Source: Promethearchaeia archaeon
Lineage (GTDB): Archaea; Asgardarchaeota; Lokiarchaeia; Sigyniarchaeales; SOKP01
DNA length: 64,000 bases
Reading direction: 5' to 3'
NCBI GenBank assembly: GCA_029856045.1
Contig: JAHQWG010000016.1
Coordinates: 256,001-320,000, forward strand
Shown: positions 50,447 to 59,952 of the stretch, in pieces
How the letters are laid out: the number at the start of each line of letters is the position of its first letter
How positions within the stretch are numbered: the first letter of the stretch is position 1
Program-made: the position numbers and the translations under genes
Notes under the pieces: model-generated
What the model was told of the DNA's origin: nothing
The model's database searches: none
The model's input: only the letters and a program-made list of their open reading frames with translations

Positions 50447-52213
50447 ATGACTGGAAATACAAAATCAGTAAAGGTAATACATGATTCTCAGAGGAAAGTT
50501 CTAGAAATAGTATCATTATTACGAGTGATGAATAATTACTATGGAAAAAAGAAGGATATTCAAAAGAAAATGAAACCAATTGTTTTAAAAAGATTTAAAA
50601 AGAGTATAAAAGAATTAAAAGAAAATTCAGATTGGTTATTTTCTGTTCCGAGCACATTAGACTCTTTAAATATAGAATTTATGAAAAAAAATGATGCTTT
50701 TCGATTTCCCGATGCAATCCATTTGTTTGAGGCATGGATGAATCTTGGGATGGATGCTGTTTTTCCAAGAGTTGCATTTAACTTTGATTTTCCAGGGGTA
50801 TTACCAAATGAAAGAAAAAGGTCTGTATTTCAGTTTATTTACAATTTTTCTCGTGGTTTTGGTTTTCCAATCATTTTTAATCCCACATTTTATGAACATA
50901 ATATAGGTTTATTGAGATTTCTTAATCCATTATTAAAATGGGGTTATACTGTTTTTCACAAAGTAAATCAAGCAAATTCTCTTGTTGAAAAACGTTTCAA
51001 TTTAAATAGACATCATCCTGGAGAATTTGAATCTGTGATGATTTCAGAATTTAAAGATGGATTTAAAGGAGTTGACACACTTTTACATGGATATAAAATA
51101 AAAAAACCAAAATTAATCGGAAATTATGATGATTTAAATCAAGCCTTAGAAAATGTTGTATTTTCTTATTCAATAGGAGATCATGCAATGAGTATTATAA
51201 AATATAGAGGACAAGAAGTTAAAGAAATCCCACTTATTGATAATGATTTTATTAAAAAAAAATATGATATTGATTTTTACCCTTATATCAAAAAATTAAT
51301 CTCAACTAATAACGCTATTACTCAAAGAATTAAAGAATTAAGAAAGGAAATCACAGAAAAATTAAAGGAATTTTCACTTATTGATAAAATAAGATTTAGA
51401 TTAAGGAAAGGTAAAGTTATTCCTTTATCTAAAGACGTGCAAAAAGTTAAAGATATTGAGTTAAAAAAAAATATCTTAGATAAAATTAGACAAAAATTAT
51501 GGACTACTCCATTATATACTCATACAGTTCATTCACCTAAACAATATAAGCTCAGTTACACTCAGGAGGAAAATGATTTAGATGAATTAGAACAAGAAGA
51601 ATCTGATTCAATCTTGTTAAAATTAGTAAGAAAATATGGAAAAAAATATAAAATCGAGTTCAATGAAGAAAATATCATTAAAAAGCTTGAGGAATTAAGA
51701 GATGACATGGCAAAGATGTGGCTATATTTTAAAGAAAGACATCTTAATTATGCAAAAAGAAAAATGATAAAAATTACTTCAATTTCCGTTAATGATTCTA
51801 ATTATAGAGAAAAAATTTTAAAATTAGTAGATGAATTAATACCAATTATAACAATTCATGAGATTTTTATACGACCTTTATCAGATTCTGTTTATCCCGA
51901 ATCCATTCCACAAACTCAAAAAATGTGGTCTTATCTCGCAACATTCTTAAGTTCTAAGTATAATTTAATGGGTGTTAACTTAATAAAAACCTTCAATCGA
52001 ATAGCATATTATAGATGGGCTTATTTTTTCAAAAAGAAAAATATGAAATTTGAACATTTTTTTGATTATTTCGTAAAAATACCAATTTGGGAAAATATCC
52101 CAGATGAAATTATGAATTGTTTTAAATCTTATCCAAATGAAAAGATTATCTTCGTTAAAAGCCCAAAACAATCAATAAGAAATAGAGTTTCTAAATTAAA
52201 AGAAAAATTTTAA
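50447..52213 (+). CDS. Large hypothetical protein (588 aa)
   Basis: Long ORF with no motif I recognise. Confidence 0.6.
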   Translation: MTGNTKSVKVIHDSQRKVLEIVSLLRVMNNYYGKKKDIQKKMKPIVLKRFKKSIKELKENSDWLFSVPSTLDSLNIEFMKKNDAFRFPDAIHLFEAWMNLGMDAVFPRVAFNFDFPGVLPNERKRSVFQFIYNFSRGFGFPIIFNPTFYEHNIGLLRFLNPLLKWGYTVFHKVNQANSLVEKRFNLNRHHPGEFESVMISEFKDGFKGVDTLLHGYKIKKPKLIGNYDDLNQALENVVFSYSIGDHAMSIIKYRGQEVKEIPLIDNDFIKKKYDIDFYPYIKKLISTNNAITQRIKELRKEITEKLKEFSLIDKIRFRLRKGKVIPLSKDVQKVKDIELKKNILDKIRQKLWTTPLYTHTVHSPKQYKLSYTQEENDLDELEQEESDSILLKLVRKYGKKYKIEFNEENIIKKLEELRDDMAKMWLYFKERHLNYAKRKMIKITSISVNDSNYREKILKLVDELIPIITIHEIFIRPLSDSVYPESIPQTQKMWSYLATFLSSKYNLMGVNLIKTFNRIAYYRWAYFFKKKNMKFEHFFDYFVKIPIWENIPDEIMNCFKSYPNEKIIFVKSPKQSIRNRVSKLKEKF

Positions 52214-52217
52214 AAGA

Positions 52218-52949
52218 TTACCACTCTAGGAATCCTGGGTCATCAAATACCTCTTCAAGCGTTTTATCTTTTGCTAACTTTTCTTCTCCTTCTATTTCTT
52301 CTTTAAAATCAACACCATAATCTTCTTGTTTTATTTTTTCACGTAATTCTCTTTCTAAAAGTATAAAGTGTGCTGCCTCATCTCTCCATTTATTAGATTC
52401 TTCTAGTAATTCTTTCTCTCCTGTTGAAATATATTCCTTAGATAATTCTGCCGCTTTCATTTTTGTAATATCTGATAGAAGTGAATAAGTTAAAGCTAAT
52501 TCACTCCAGTTTTTCTCTTTTTCATGTTCTTTTATATTTCCCTTTAAACGATGATATTCTTGATCTTTAAAATATAAATCAATAAATGATCCATAAAAAT
52601 CTACAGCAGCTTCAATAGAACGGGCTAAAACCTCTTTTTGTAATCCGCAAGTTCCGCATTTAACTTCAACCAAATTGACAATTTTATCCTTTAATTCAAC
52701 TTTCTTTATTTTTCCGCCACAAATAGAGCAGTTTTTTACATTTTCTCCGTTTATATCATATAAATCATTTGCTGAGCGTAAGTACACCTCCCATTCTAGC
52801 CCACAATCAACACATTTTATAGAATATGCAATTAGTTTGATCTTCTTCTCTATTTTAACTGATTTAGCCCCGCACTCAGGGCATGTAAAAATTTTTGGCA
52901 GTTTGCGGATTTTTCGATAAACCTTCTTTCTTTTCTTCCTTCGACCCAT
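52218..52949 (-). CDS. elf1: Transcription elongation factor Elf1, extended
   Basis: MGRRKKR...LPKIFTCPECG...C..CG...VD.Y..FID, with four extra Cys and an acidic helical tail of about 110 aa. Confidence 0.8.
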   Translation of the reverse strand: MGRRKKRKKVYRKIRKLPKIFTCPECGAKSVKIEKKIKLIAYSIKCVDCGLEWEVYLRSANDLYDINGENVKNCSICGGKIKKVELKDKIVNLVEVKCGTCGLQKEVLARSIEAAVDFYGSFIDLYFKDQEYHRLKGNIKEHEKEKNWSELALTYSLLSDITKMKAAELSKEYISTGEKELLEESNKWRDEAAHFILLERELREKIKQEDYGVDFKEEIEGEEKLAKDKTLEEVFDDPGFLEW

Positions 52950-53167
52950 AAAATTTCCCGTCTTTGTAATATTTGTTATTTTTCTTTTAATTTTTAATAA
53001 TTTTTAAGAGTAAAAAATTTTTCTCTTTTTAATTTACCCATTTCCCGTAAAACAGAAAAATTTTTATGTTATGGTATAATAATTTTATTATCTCTTTTTA
53101 ATTATCTTATTGGAATAGATTACATTGATTAGATCATATCATTTAATACCATATAAATTAAAGTAGG

Positions 53168-54274
53168 TTGGAAGAAATGGAACAGCATAAGCAATTATCC
53201 ATTGAATTAGATAAAAATCTTATAAATAAAGTATTTGAAAATGTAGAGATGCGCTATATTCTATTATATCTTTACATAGTTCGAAATGATATGTTAAAAA
53301 ATTTATCAGATGAATCTTGGCTCCATTCATTTAAAAGATTAATGAATTTGGATGAAATTCTCAAAAGCGATTTGGAATTATATTCAAATAAAGAACTGAC
53401 CGAAATATTAATAGATTTAGGAATAATTAAAAATTTAAGATCTTTAAAAGAACTGGAAAAGAAAGAAGATGATTTTTTAATTAAAACTTTAGAACCAATA
53501 AGAATCGAAGATAATAAGATAATTGTTCCAGAAAATACATTATTTCCTATTATCTCAAAAAAATTTCCATTTCTAACAAAACGAAATTTTCACTATGCCA
53601 TCTCAAGGTTAAAAGGTATAATGTGCGAAAATAGCGATGTAATTCATCCTTTTCTATTTGAAATTGGTAAGGAAAATTATTTATTAGCAGACGATCTATA
53701 TGAAATTTTAGATGATTTAGGAAATCCATATCAAACAATAAAGGTCGAAATCACTATTAGTGAATTTTATAACAGGTTTAAAGAATTATTAGAAAAAGTC
53801 TCGATTTTCTTAGAACTATATGATCCTTTATTAAATAAAAAATCAAATCTCAGAATTATCAAAGAGGCAATAGACAATAATAAAGTCATTCTTGAATTTA
53901 TGCAAGAAAAGGTAAAAAAATTGCCTGCTAAATTTGATCTGGAGGATGTAGTAGATAAAGAAAATGAAATTTTTAAAAAATGGCATTCTATACTTATAAA
54001 TTTACTTAAAAAACGGAATAGATTAAATGAAATTGATGAAGAATTAAGTAAAATTAAAAATTACTATTCTGGAAAGGGAAAAAAATATACCTATTTAGAA
54101 TTTATTACTAAAATATCATACAATGAAGATAATATCTTAAACCAAATTAAAGATAGACTGATAGAATTAAGAGAAGAATTAGTAAATATCAAAAAAGAAG
54201 TATCTAAATTTGAAAAAAATGAAATAAAACTGCTTAATTTAGATTATGAACGATTTAGAATTATAAATGAATAA
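53168..54274 (+). CDS. Hypothetical protein (possible wHTH plus coiled coil), gene 1 of the cluster
   Basis: 368 aa with a C-terminal coiled coil; TTG start after AGTAGG. Confidence 0.6.
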   Translation: MEEMEQHKQLSIELDKNLINKVFENVEMRYILLYLYIVRNDMLKNLSDESWLHSFKRLMNLDEILKSDLELYSNKELTEILIDLGIIKNLRSLKELEKKEDDFLIKTLEPIRIEDNKIIVPENTLFPIISKKFPFLTKRNFHYAISRLKGIMCENSDVIHPFLFEIGKENYLLADDLYEILDDLGNPYQTIKVEITISEFYNRFKELLEKVSIFLELYDPLLNKKSNLRIIKEAIDNNKVILEFMQEKVKKLPAKFDLEDVVDKENEIFKKWHSILINLLKKRNRLNEIDEELSKIKNYYSGKGKKYTYLEFITKISYNEDNILNQIKDRLIELREELVNIKKEVSKFEKNEIKLLNLDYERFRIINE

Positions 54275-54290
54275 ATAAGGAAGGTGCCCG

Positions 54291-55262
54291 ATTATTAACT
54301 GCCCTGTATGTAACGTTGAGATGGAACAACTCGTTCAAGAAATATTTCAATGTCCAAAGTGTAAAAAAATTATTAAAGGACAGATTAAAGAAATTAAAAA
54401 AAAGAAAGAAGTTGCTGTTGGAGAAATTCAAGAAGGAGATTATTTTCATAACAACGCTAGTTTAAATAAGAAATATGAAATTTGTGAAAAAGGAATTACA
54501 ATATCTAAATCTCCAAATAGGTGGGTGGCAGCATTACTCTGTCATAGCTCCTATTTAAGCAGCTCTAAATATATCAGACTTAGTTGGTGGAAAAAGGAAA
54601 TAAATACACATGCAGGCTTTTTCAAAATAACTGAATCTATAGTATTGGATAATTTAATCAAATCCTTAAAAAAAATAAATTCTTCATTTGATGAGTATTG
54701 GGGTAATTTTAAAGGATTTGAAAAAAAAAAAATAGAAACAGAAGAAAAAGCAATTCAAAATGAGCGTCTAAAAATTCTAAAGTATAGAATTCTCGAAAAT
54801 AAAATTTGCCCGAATTGTAGTAAAAAATTATCATTAAGTAAAAGAAAAACACATTATGAATGTGAACACTGTGGCGAGATCATCATCTTGGAATCTCATA
54901 ATGAACCTATTTTTAATATTGATCCTAAAGATCTCTCATTAGAATTCTCAACAAATTTTCCTATCAACTTTTACCTCCCCGTAGCGGGTATTACTATAGA
55001 ATGGTTAATGAGTTTATGGAAAGCTATAGTTGTTATATATTCAAAAGATAACCCCAATAAGAAATGGTTAAGATTCTATGCTTGGGAAAGGAATTTGCAA
55101 CAACTGCTAAAATACGGATATTATGAAGCCGGTGATGGAGGACAATTATCTTGGACTACAAAAAAAGGAACAGGCTCACCTAATATTTTTGATAAATCAG
55201 AAGTCCCTATTCTAATAGATGCTCTAAAAAAGCTTCAGAAAGAAATAGGTTGGGTTAAATAA
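54291..55262 (+). CDS. Zn-ribbon protein with two related PC4-like segments
   Basis: The upstream in-frame CPVC pairs with CPKC; a second ribbon is CPNC...CEHC. Repeated W.A.......K.(I/L)R..WW/YAW segments, each followed by L...LKK. Confidence 0.6.
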   Translation: MINCPVCNVEMEQLVQEIFQCPKCKKIIKGQIKEIKKKKEVAVGEIQEGDYFHNNASLNKKYEICEKGITISKSPNRWVAALLCHSSYLSSSKYIRLSWWKKEINTHAGFFKITESIVLDNLIKSLKKINSSFDEYWGNFKGFEKKKIETEEKAIQNERLKILKYRILENKICPNCSKKLSLSKRKTHYECEHCGEIIILESHNEPIFNIDPKDLSLEFSTNFPINFYLPVAGITIEWLMSLWKAIVVIYSKDNPNKKWLRFYAWERNLQQLLKYGYYEAGDGGQLSWTTKKGTGSPNIFDKSEVPILIDALKKLQKEIGWVK

Positions 55263-55302
55263 GATATAAATTTATACAAAAGATTATGATGTGATTGAAT
55301 AA

Positions 55303-56445
55303 ATGAGTGGAATCGATAATCTTGAATGGGAAAAATTGTTGACTGAATTCTCTAAAAATGTTGATAAATCTCTCAAGAAACTTGAAGAAAGAGATATTGA
55401 TAATATTCCTGGTGCTAAACAAGCCTTGGTTGAGAGATTACGAGTTATGAGAGATTATTTTCCACAAAATAACGGAGATCTCTTTATAAAATCAATTAAT
55501 GAGAAAATTCAAAATGCATTTTTCCCAAAAACCAAAGATCTAGCTGAAGCATTTGAGCTAATTTTAAAGTCACGCTCTCATGATCAAGATTTTATAATAA
55601 ATGAATTAATTAATGGTTTTATATCATCAAGAAGCAAAACAATTGCTTTAAATGTTCAAGGAACTGTTATTGATAGAATGGTTGAGGCATTTAGTAAAGG
55701 ACCGGATTTTCAAATTGTAGATCATCAATTCTATGCAATGTTTTCCGACCCCAATAAAGCACGCAAATATGTAAAAGAAAGTTTGCAAGACCTTGTGGAT
55801 TTATTTGGTTTAGAAGCGAAAGAATTAATTGTTGAAAAAGATAAAAGGAAAAGCGAGCGAAAAGTTTATACTTTTTACACGTTTCCCGAAAAAATATTAG
55901 AAATTTTAGAAGGTGAATATGTTGATACTGATGATGTACTCGGAGAAAAAAGGGTTTCAGAAAAATTCGATAAAACAGTTTTCATATCTTTGTTTTTAGC
56001 CAATATATCAGTTCACAGAGATGATTTAAAGAAAATAGGTGGAGTATATACTATAAACGGCATCTGTAGCATATTTAGTTTAATTCTTTTGATCTCGCTT
56101 ATGCCTAAATTGGAGGTAAATGAGACCAATCCAGTCTTAAGAGACCCAACTTATAACCCTGAGACAATGAGTATTATTCCAAAATCATGGATGATGAAGG
56201 AAATTCTGTTGGATTTATTGGAACCCCTAATAAATATTGTAGCATATAGATTGGGTGGCGGAGAATGGTTAAAATCGGTTGAAACCTCTGAGGTTAAAAA
56301 AAAGATACACAATCAAATACGGTTTCTTATCAAAGACGTAAATAAATGGGTATACGGACAGTTAACAAGAGTGGAAATTCCCATATTCATTGAAATCTCC
56401 AATATTTTCGCTGAGGTATTGATTGACTATTCTACAGGGGAGTAA
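55303..56445 (+). CDS. Hypothetical protein, gene 3 of the cluster
   Basis: 380-aa, mostly helical ORF. Confidence 0.6.
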   Translation: MSGIDNLEWEKLLTEFSKNVDKSLKKLEERDIDNIPGAKQALVERLRVMRDYFPQNNGDLFIKSINEKIQNAFFPKTKDLAEAFELILKSRSHDQDFIINELINGFISSRSKTIALNVQGTVIDRMVEAFSKGPDFQIVDHQFYAMFSDPNKARKYVKESLQDLVDLFGLEAKELIVEKDKRKSERKVYTFYTFPEKILEILEGEYVDTDDVLGEKRVSEKFDKTVFISLFLANISVHRDDLKKIGGVYTINGICSIFSLILLISLMPKLEVNETNPVLRDPTYNPETMSIIPKSWMMKEILLDLLEPLINIVAYRLGGGEWLKSVETSEVKKKIHNQIRFLIKDVNKWVYGQLTRVEIPIFIEISNIFAEVLIDYSTGE

Positions 56446-56471
56446 AATTAAATACTTAGGGGGAAATTAAT

Positions 56472-57740
56472 ATGGTTAGAGAAAGATGGACAGACATTTT
56501 AGCTAGATACTTAACATATTTAAGTCATCTGGTTCCAATTCTCAAAGAAACAAAGAAAACTGTCCAAAATATGAGTTTGGAAGTGATGATGGACGTAAAG
56601 ATTTTTGATAAGATTAAAATGGACGAAGAAAAACGATTAGTGAAGAAAGTGAGGGCTTTATCCGAATTCTCGGCATATTATAGAGGTGAAGTATTTGAAA
56701 ATATAAAAAATTTTATATACAAATATGCTGAGGATTTAGAACCTATAGATATTAAAGATTATCTAATTGAATTTTTTGATGAATGCATAAGTGCTTTAGA
56801 AATATTAATGAATGTTACAAACCCAGATCAAAAAAAATTAAATTCCACATATTTATATCTTCTTTACAAATATTTAGAAGATCTTTTATTACCTATAGGT
56901 AAAAATTTTGAAGAAATTTACATGAAGTTGAATAAAACATCAAAAAATTGGCATGAATGTCAAAGGTATATGATGATTCCTCATACATATTATAGGGAAA
57001 CTGTGGATAACCCCGATTTCTTCGAAATTCCCGGTATTTCTCCAAAATTATACCAAATAATTAATAATATAACCTCTTTATACAACTTGGATCCTAATTA
57101 TTATCCGTGTCCTGAAGATTCTAACATAGAAATTCCAGTAGTCTTGATTGAAGATGTTTTTGAAGCATTTATTGATAATATTGCTCATGAAGAGCAAGAA
57201 GCAGTTGAAAAAATTTGTGAACGTTTAGGATTAAGAGTTCTAGATGGGATTTTTCTTGCTCCCAAGTATGATTTTATAGATGTTCTAATTAAACTTGATT
57301 TCCTTAGAGAGAATAAACAATCTGATGGCAAGATTAGATTAATACCTCAATTCAGTAATGAAACTTTAATTTTAAGTTATCTAGCGTTCGTTTCTTTCCG
57401 TCGAGGTTTTTTATCTAAAGAATTAATTAATTGGATTTCTATGACATTTGCGTTCATTATTTTTTCAACGATTTTAAAATCTCAATTAAGTGATCATAAT
57501 ATTTTCTATCCTATTTTTACTGGTTTGAAAACTCAAGAAAAAGTAATACCTTATATGATGAAACTTCTATGCTTTAATAATTATTTGAAATTAGATAGGA
57601 TGAAAATACGAGATTCTGTCCAGTACAGAAAAGAAATTTTTAATTTTGCAGGATCTAGCATAGATTGCATTAAGCAATTAATTTTAGATTTAAGTGAATA
57701 TTTAAAAGAAATAAAAAAAAAAAAAAAAGAAGGGGTGTAA
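56472..57740 (+). CDS. Hypothetical protein, gene 4 of the cluster
   Basis: 422-aa ORF with AGGGGGA upstream. Confidence 0.6.
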   Translation: MVRERWTDILARYLTYLSHLVPILKETKKTVQNMSLEVMMDVKIFDKIKMDEEKRLVKKVRALSEFSAYYRGEVFENIKNFIYKYAEDLEPIDIKDYLIEFFDECISALEILMNVTNPDQKKLNSTYLYLLYKYLEDLLLPIGKNFEEIYMKLNKTSKNWHECQRYMMIPHTYYRETVDNPDFFEIPGISPKLYQIINNITSLYNLDPNYYPCPEDSNIEIPVVLIEDVFEAFIDNIAHEEQEAVEKICERLGLRVLDGIFLAPKYDFIDVLIKLDFLRENKQSDGKIRLIPQFSNETLILSYLAFVSFRRGFLSKELINWISMTFAFIIFSTILKSQLSDHNIFYPIFTGLKTQEKVIPYMMKLLCFNNYLKLDRMKIRDSVQYRKEIFNFAGSSIDCIKQLILDLSEYLKEIKKKKKEGV

Positions 57741-57746
57741 GAAAAA

Positions 57747-58823
57747 ATTACATATTCAGATGATGAAATTAAAGAAAGGCTTGATAAGTATGGAACGGTT
57801 TATTTACCAAATGAAATTATAGAGAATGTTGATGATATTTTAGGAAATGAGATTCTAAAGGAAAGGCTTGAAGATTTTTTCAGTTCCTTAAAAAAATATA
57901 GTGAAGTTGTTGAAAAATTAAAAAAGACTAAATTAGTCCCAAATTTAACTGTCCTCCTATATGGACCACCTGGAACTGGAAAAACTTCTTTAGCTCGAGC
58001 ATTTGCAAAGGAATTTGATATCCCATTGTGTGTAGTAGAGTCTGACAGATTAGTTTCTGCATTATTAGGCGATACCGTTAAAAATATTAGAAAAGTTGTG
58101 GAATTATCAGCTCAGATTGCGGAAGAAAATGGAGCTTTTATATTGTTTTTTGATGAAATTGATGCAATTGCATCCGAAAGATCGAATATTCACGAAGTAG
58201 GCGAAATTAAAAGAGCTGTAATATCTTTCTTACAAATAATTGATAAAATAAACTACTTTGGAACACCATTAGCAATTTTAGGTGCTACTAACCATCAAGA
58301 CCAATTAGATTCTGCAATTTGGAGGAGATTCACATTTCATTTGAAATTTGATTTTCCTACATTTCATCTCAGGAAGAAAATAATTGAGGCTTTTATTAAT
58401 AAAATTAGTAACGCAAAAATTGGAGTAGATGATGTAATTCTTGTTAGTTTAAACAAAGAATATGCATTATTAAAATCTAAGGAAGAAAAATTAAAGCCTA
58501 TAGTAAGAAATGAAAAATATTCACAAGATTTGGATGAATTGTGGAATGATAAAAAAATTATCGAGAATAGAGGAATTTTATTTTTAACGCGTGGATACAC
58601 AGGTGCAGATTTAGAGCGTGGAGTGAGAGTTGCTCTGTTTAAAGCATTAAAAAATGACATTTTAACCTATGAAAATTTTACCCATTCCTTAGAATTAGTA
58701 GGAGGTACTAAAATCCATGTTGAACAACAATATTTTTTGAGTGTTTCTGAAAGGAAATCTTCCAGGGATAAAAAAATATCAAGAATAAACAACAACAATC
58801 TGGAAGGTCCTCGTGAAATTTAA
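57747..58823 (+). CDS. AAA+ ATPase; the real N-terminus lies upstream of the track start
   Basis: In-frame Walker A YGPPGTGKT near 57960 precedes the track's TTG at 58026. Also has FFDEID and ATNHQDQLDSAIWRRF. Confidence 0.88.
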   Translation: MTYSDDEIKERLDKYGTVYLPNEIIENVDDILGNEILKERLEDFFSSLKKYSEVVEKLKKTKLVPNLTVLLYGPPGTGKTSLARAFAKEFDIPLCVVESDRLVSALLGDTVKNIRKVVELSAQIAEENGAFILFFDEIDAIASERSNIHEVGEIKRAVISFLQIIDKINYFGTPLAILGATNHQDQLDSAIWRRFTFHLKFDFPTFHLRKKIIEAFINKISNAKIGVDDVILVSLNKEYALLKSKEEKLKPIVRNEKYSQDLDELWNDKKIIENRGILFLTRGYTGADLERGVRVALFKALKNDILTYENFTHSLELVGGTKIHVEQQYFLSVSERKSSRDKKISRINNNNLEGPREI

Positions 58824-58884
58824 TAATTAATTTTTTTAAAAATCTCCTATTGATTATATAAAAATACAAGTAAAAAATCGAAAG

Positions 58885-59952
58885 ATGGAATCAGAGAACA
58901 TAATCTTTTCTGCAGAAAGAATAAAAGGATTAACTAATCCTATTGATAAAATTCGAGGAAAATTAAATTTAATTAATAAATTATATCTCAATTATAAAGA
59001 AACTCTAAAAAATTTACTTAAAAAACCCAATCTAATAGAGAATGATAGAATAAAATTCTTTAATGATTTAGATAACACATTAGAAGAAATATATTCAAAA
59101 TTATCCAAAAACTCTGAACTTAACTTAGAAAATTGGTTGTCAATTAAAGATTTACTTTTATCTGAATATATTCTTTCAATAAAAAACATTTTAACAGAAA
59201 AAAAAATTTCTCAAGATTCTCTTAAAAAAGTTGGTATTTCATTAATTAAAAACAAGAAAGTATCATCTTTTTTAGAAAAAACAAGTTTTATTTTTTCACT
59301 CGATGTTGATTTTTGGGAATCAATAGTTAATTCATTAAAAAATAACCCTGATTTTCTAAAAACCCTAAATAAAATAAAAAAATTTTGTCAAAATGAGAGG
59401 GAACGAATATTAAATATTGAACTAAATAAAATTCCTAAAAACATCGACTATAAAATTATCAATGAGTTTAAAAAAGAATTCAGAAAAAACAAAATTTCTT
59501 TTAAAGAATTCATGATAACTTCAGAATCCAGATTTCCTAAAACTAAATTTGCCACCCAAAAGATTACTTTAGACACAAAAAAGAAAAAGAATGAACTTGA
59601 TATATTAAAAGAAAAACAAGAGACACGATTCAAATCTTATGATAAATTATTTACTCTTTCCGAAGATGAATTTCAAAGATTAAAACGTAAAAAAAAAAGA
59701 AAAAAATTAGATTCTTTATCTAAATTAGAAAAAAAAGAATACCCTCCTGATGATAAAAAAAAGGAGAAGGACAAGAAAGAAGAATCAACCCAAACCACAA
59801 AACAAGATATATTTAGTAGAGATATAATAGAAAATAATGAAGCTGATATCGATCCTTTAGAAGTTATTAGAAAAAGAAAGCAAAAAAAGGAAGAAGAATT
59901 TGAAAAACACTTAAATAAAATTCAAAAAAAAAATAAAAGAGGTTCAAACTAA
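58885..59952 (+). CDS. Hypothetical helical protein with a charged low-complexity tail
   Basis: 355 aa with a K/E-rich C-terminus. Confidence 0.55.
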   Translation: MESENIIFSAERIKGLTNPIDKIRGKLNLINKLYLNYKETLKNLLKKPNLIENDRIKFFNDLDNTLEEIYSKLSKNSELNLENWLSIKDLLLSEYILSIKNILTEKKISQDSLKKVGISLIKNKKVSSFLEKTSFIFSLDVDFWESIVNSLKNNPDFLKTLNKIKKFCQNERERILNIELNKIPKNIDYKIINEFKKEFRKNKISFKEFMITSESRFPKTKFATQKITLDTKKKKNELDILKEKQETRFKSYDKLFTLSEDEFQRLKRKKKRKKLDSLSKLEKKEYPPDDKKKEKDKKEESTQTTKQDIFSRDIIENNEADIDPLEVIRKRKQKKEEEFEKHLNKIQKKNKRGSN

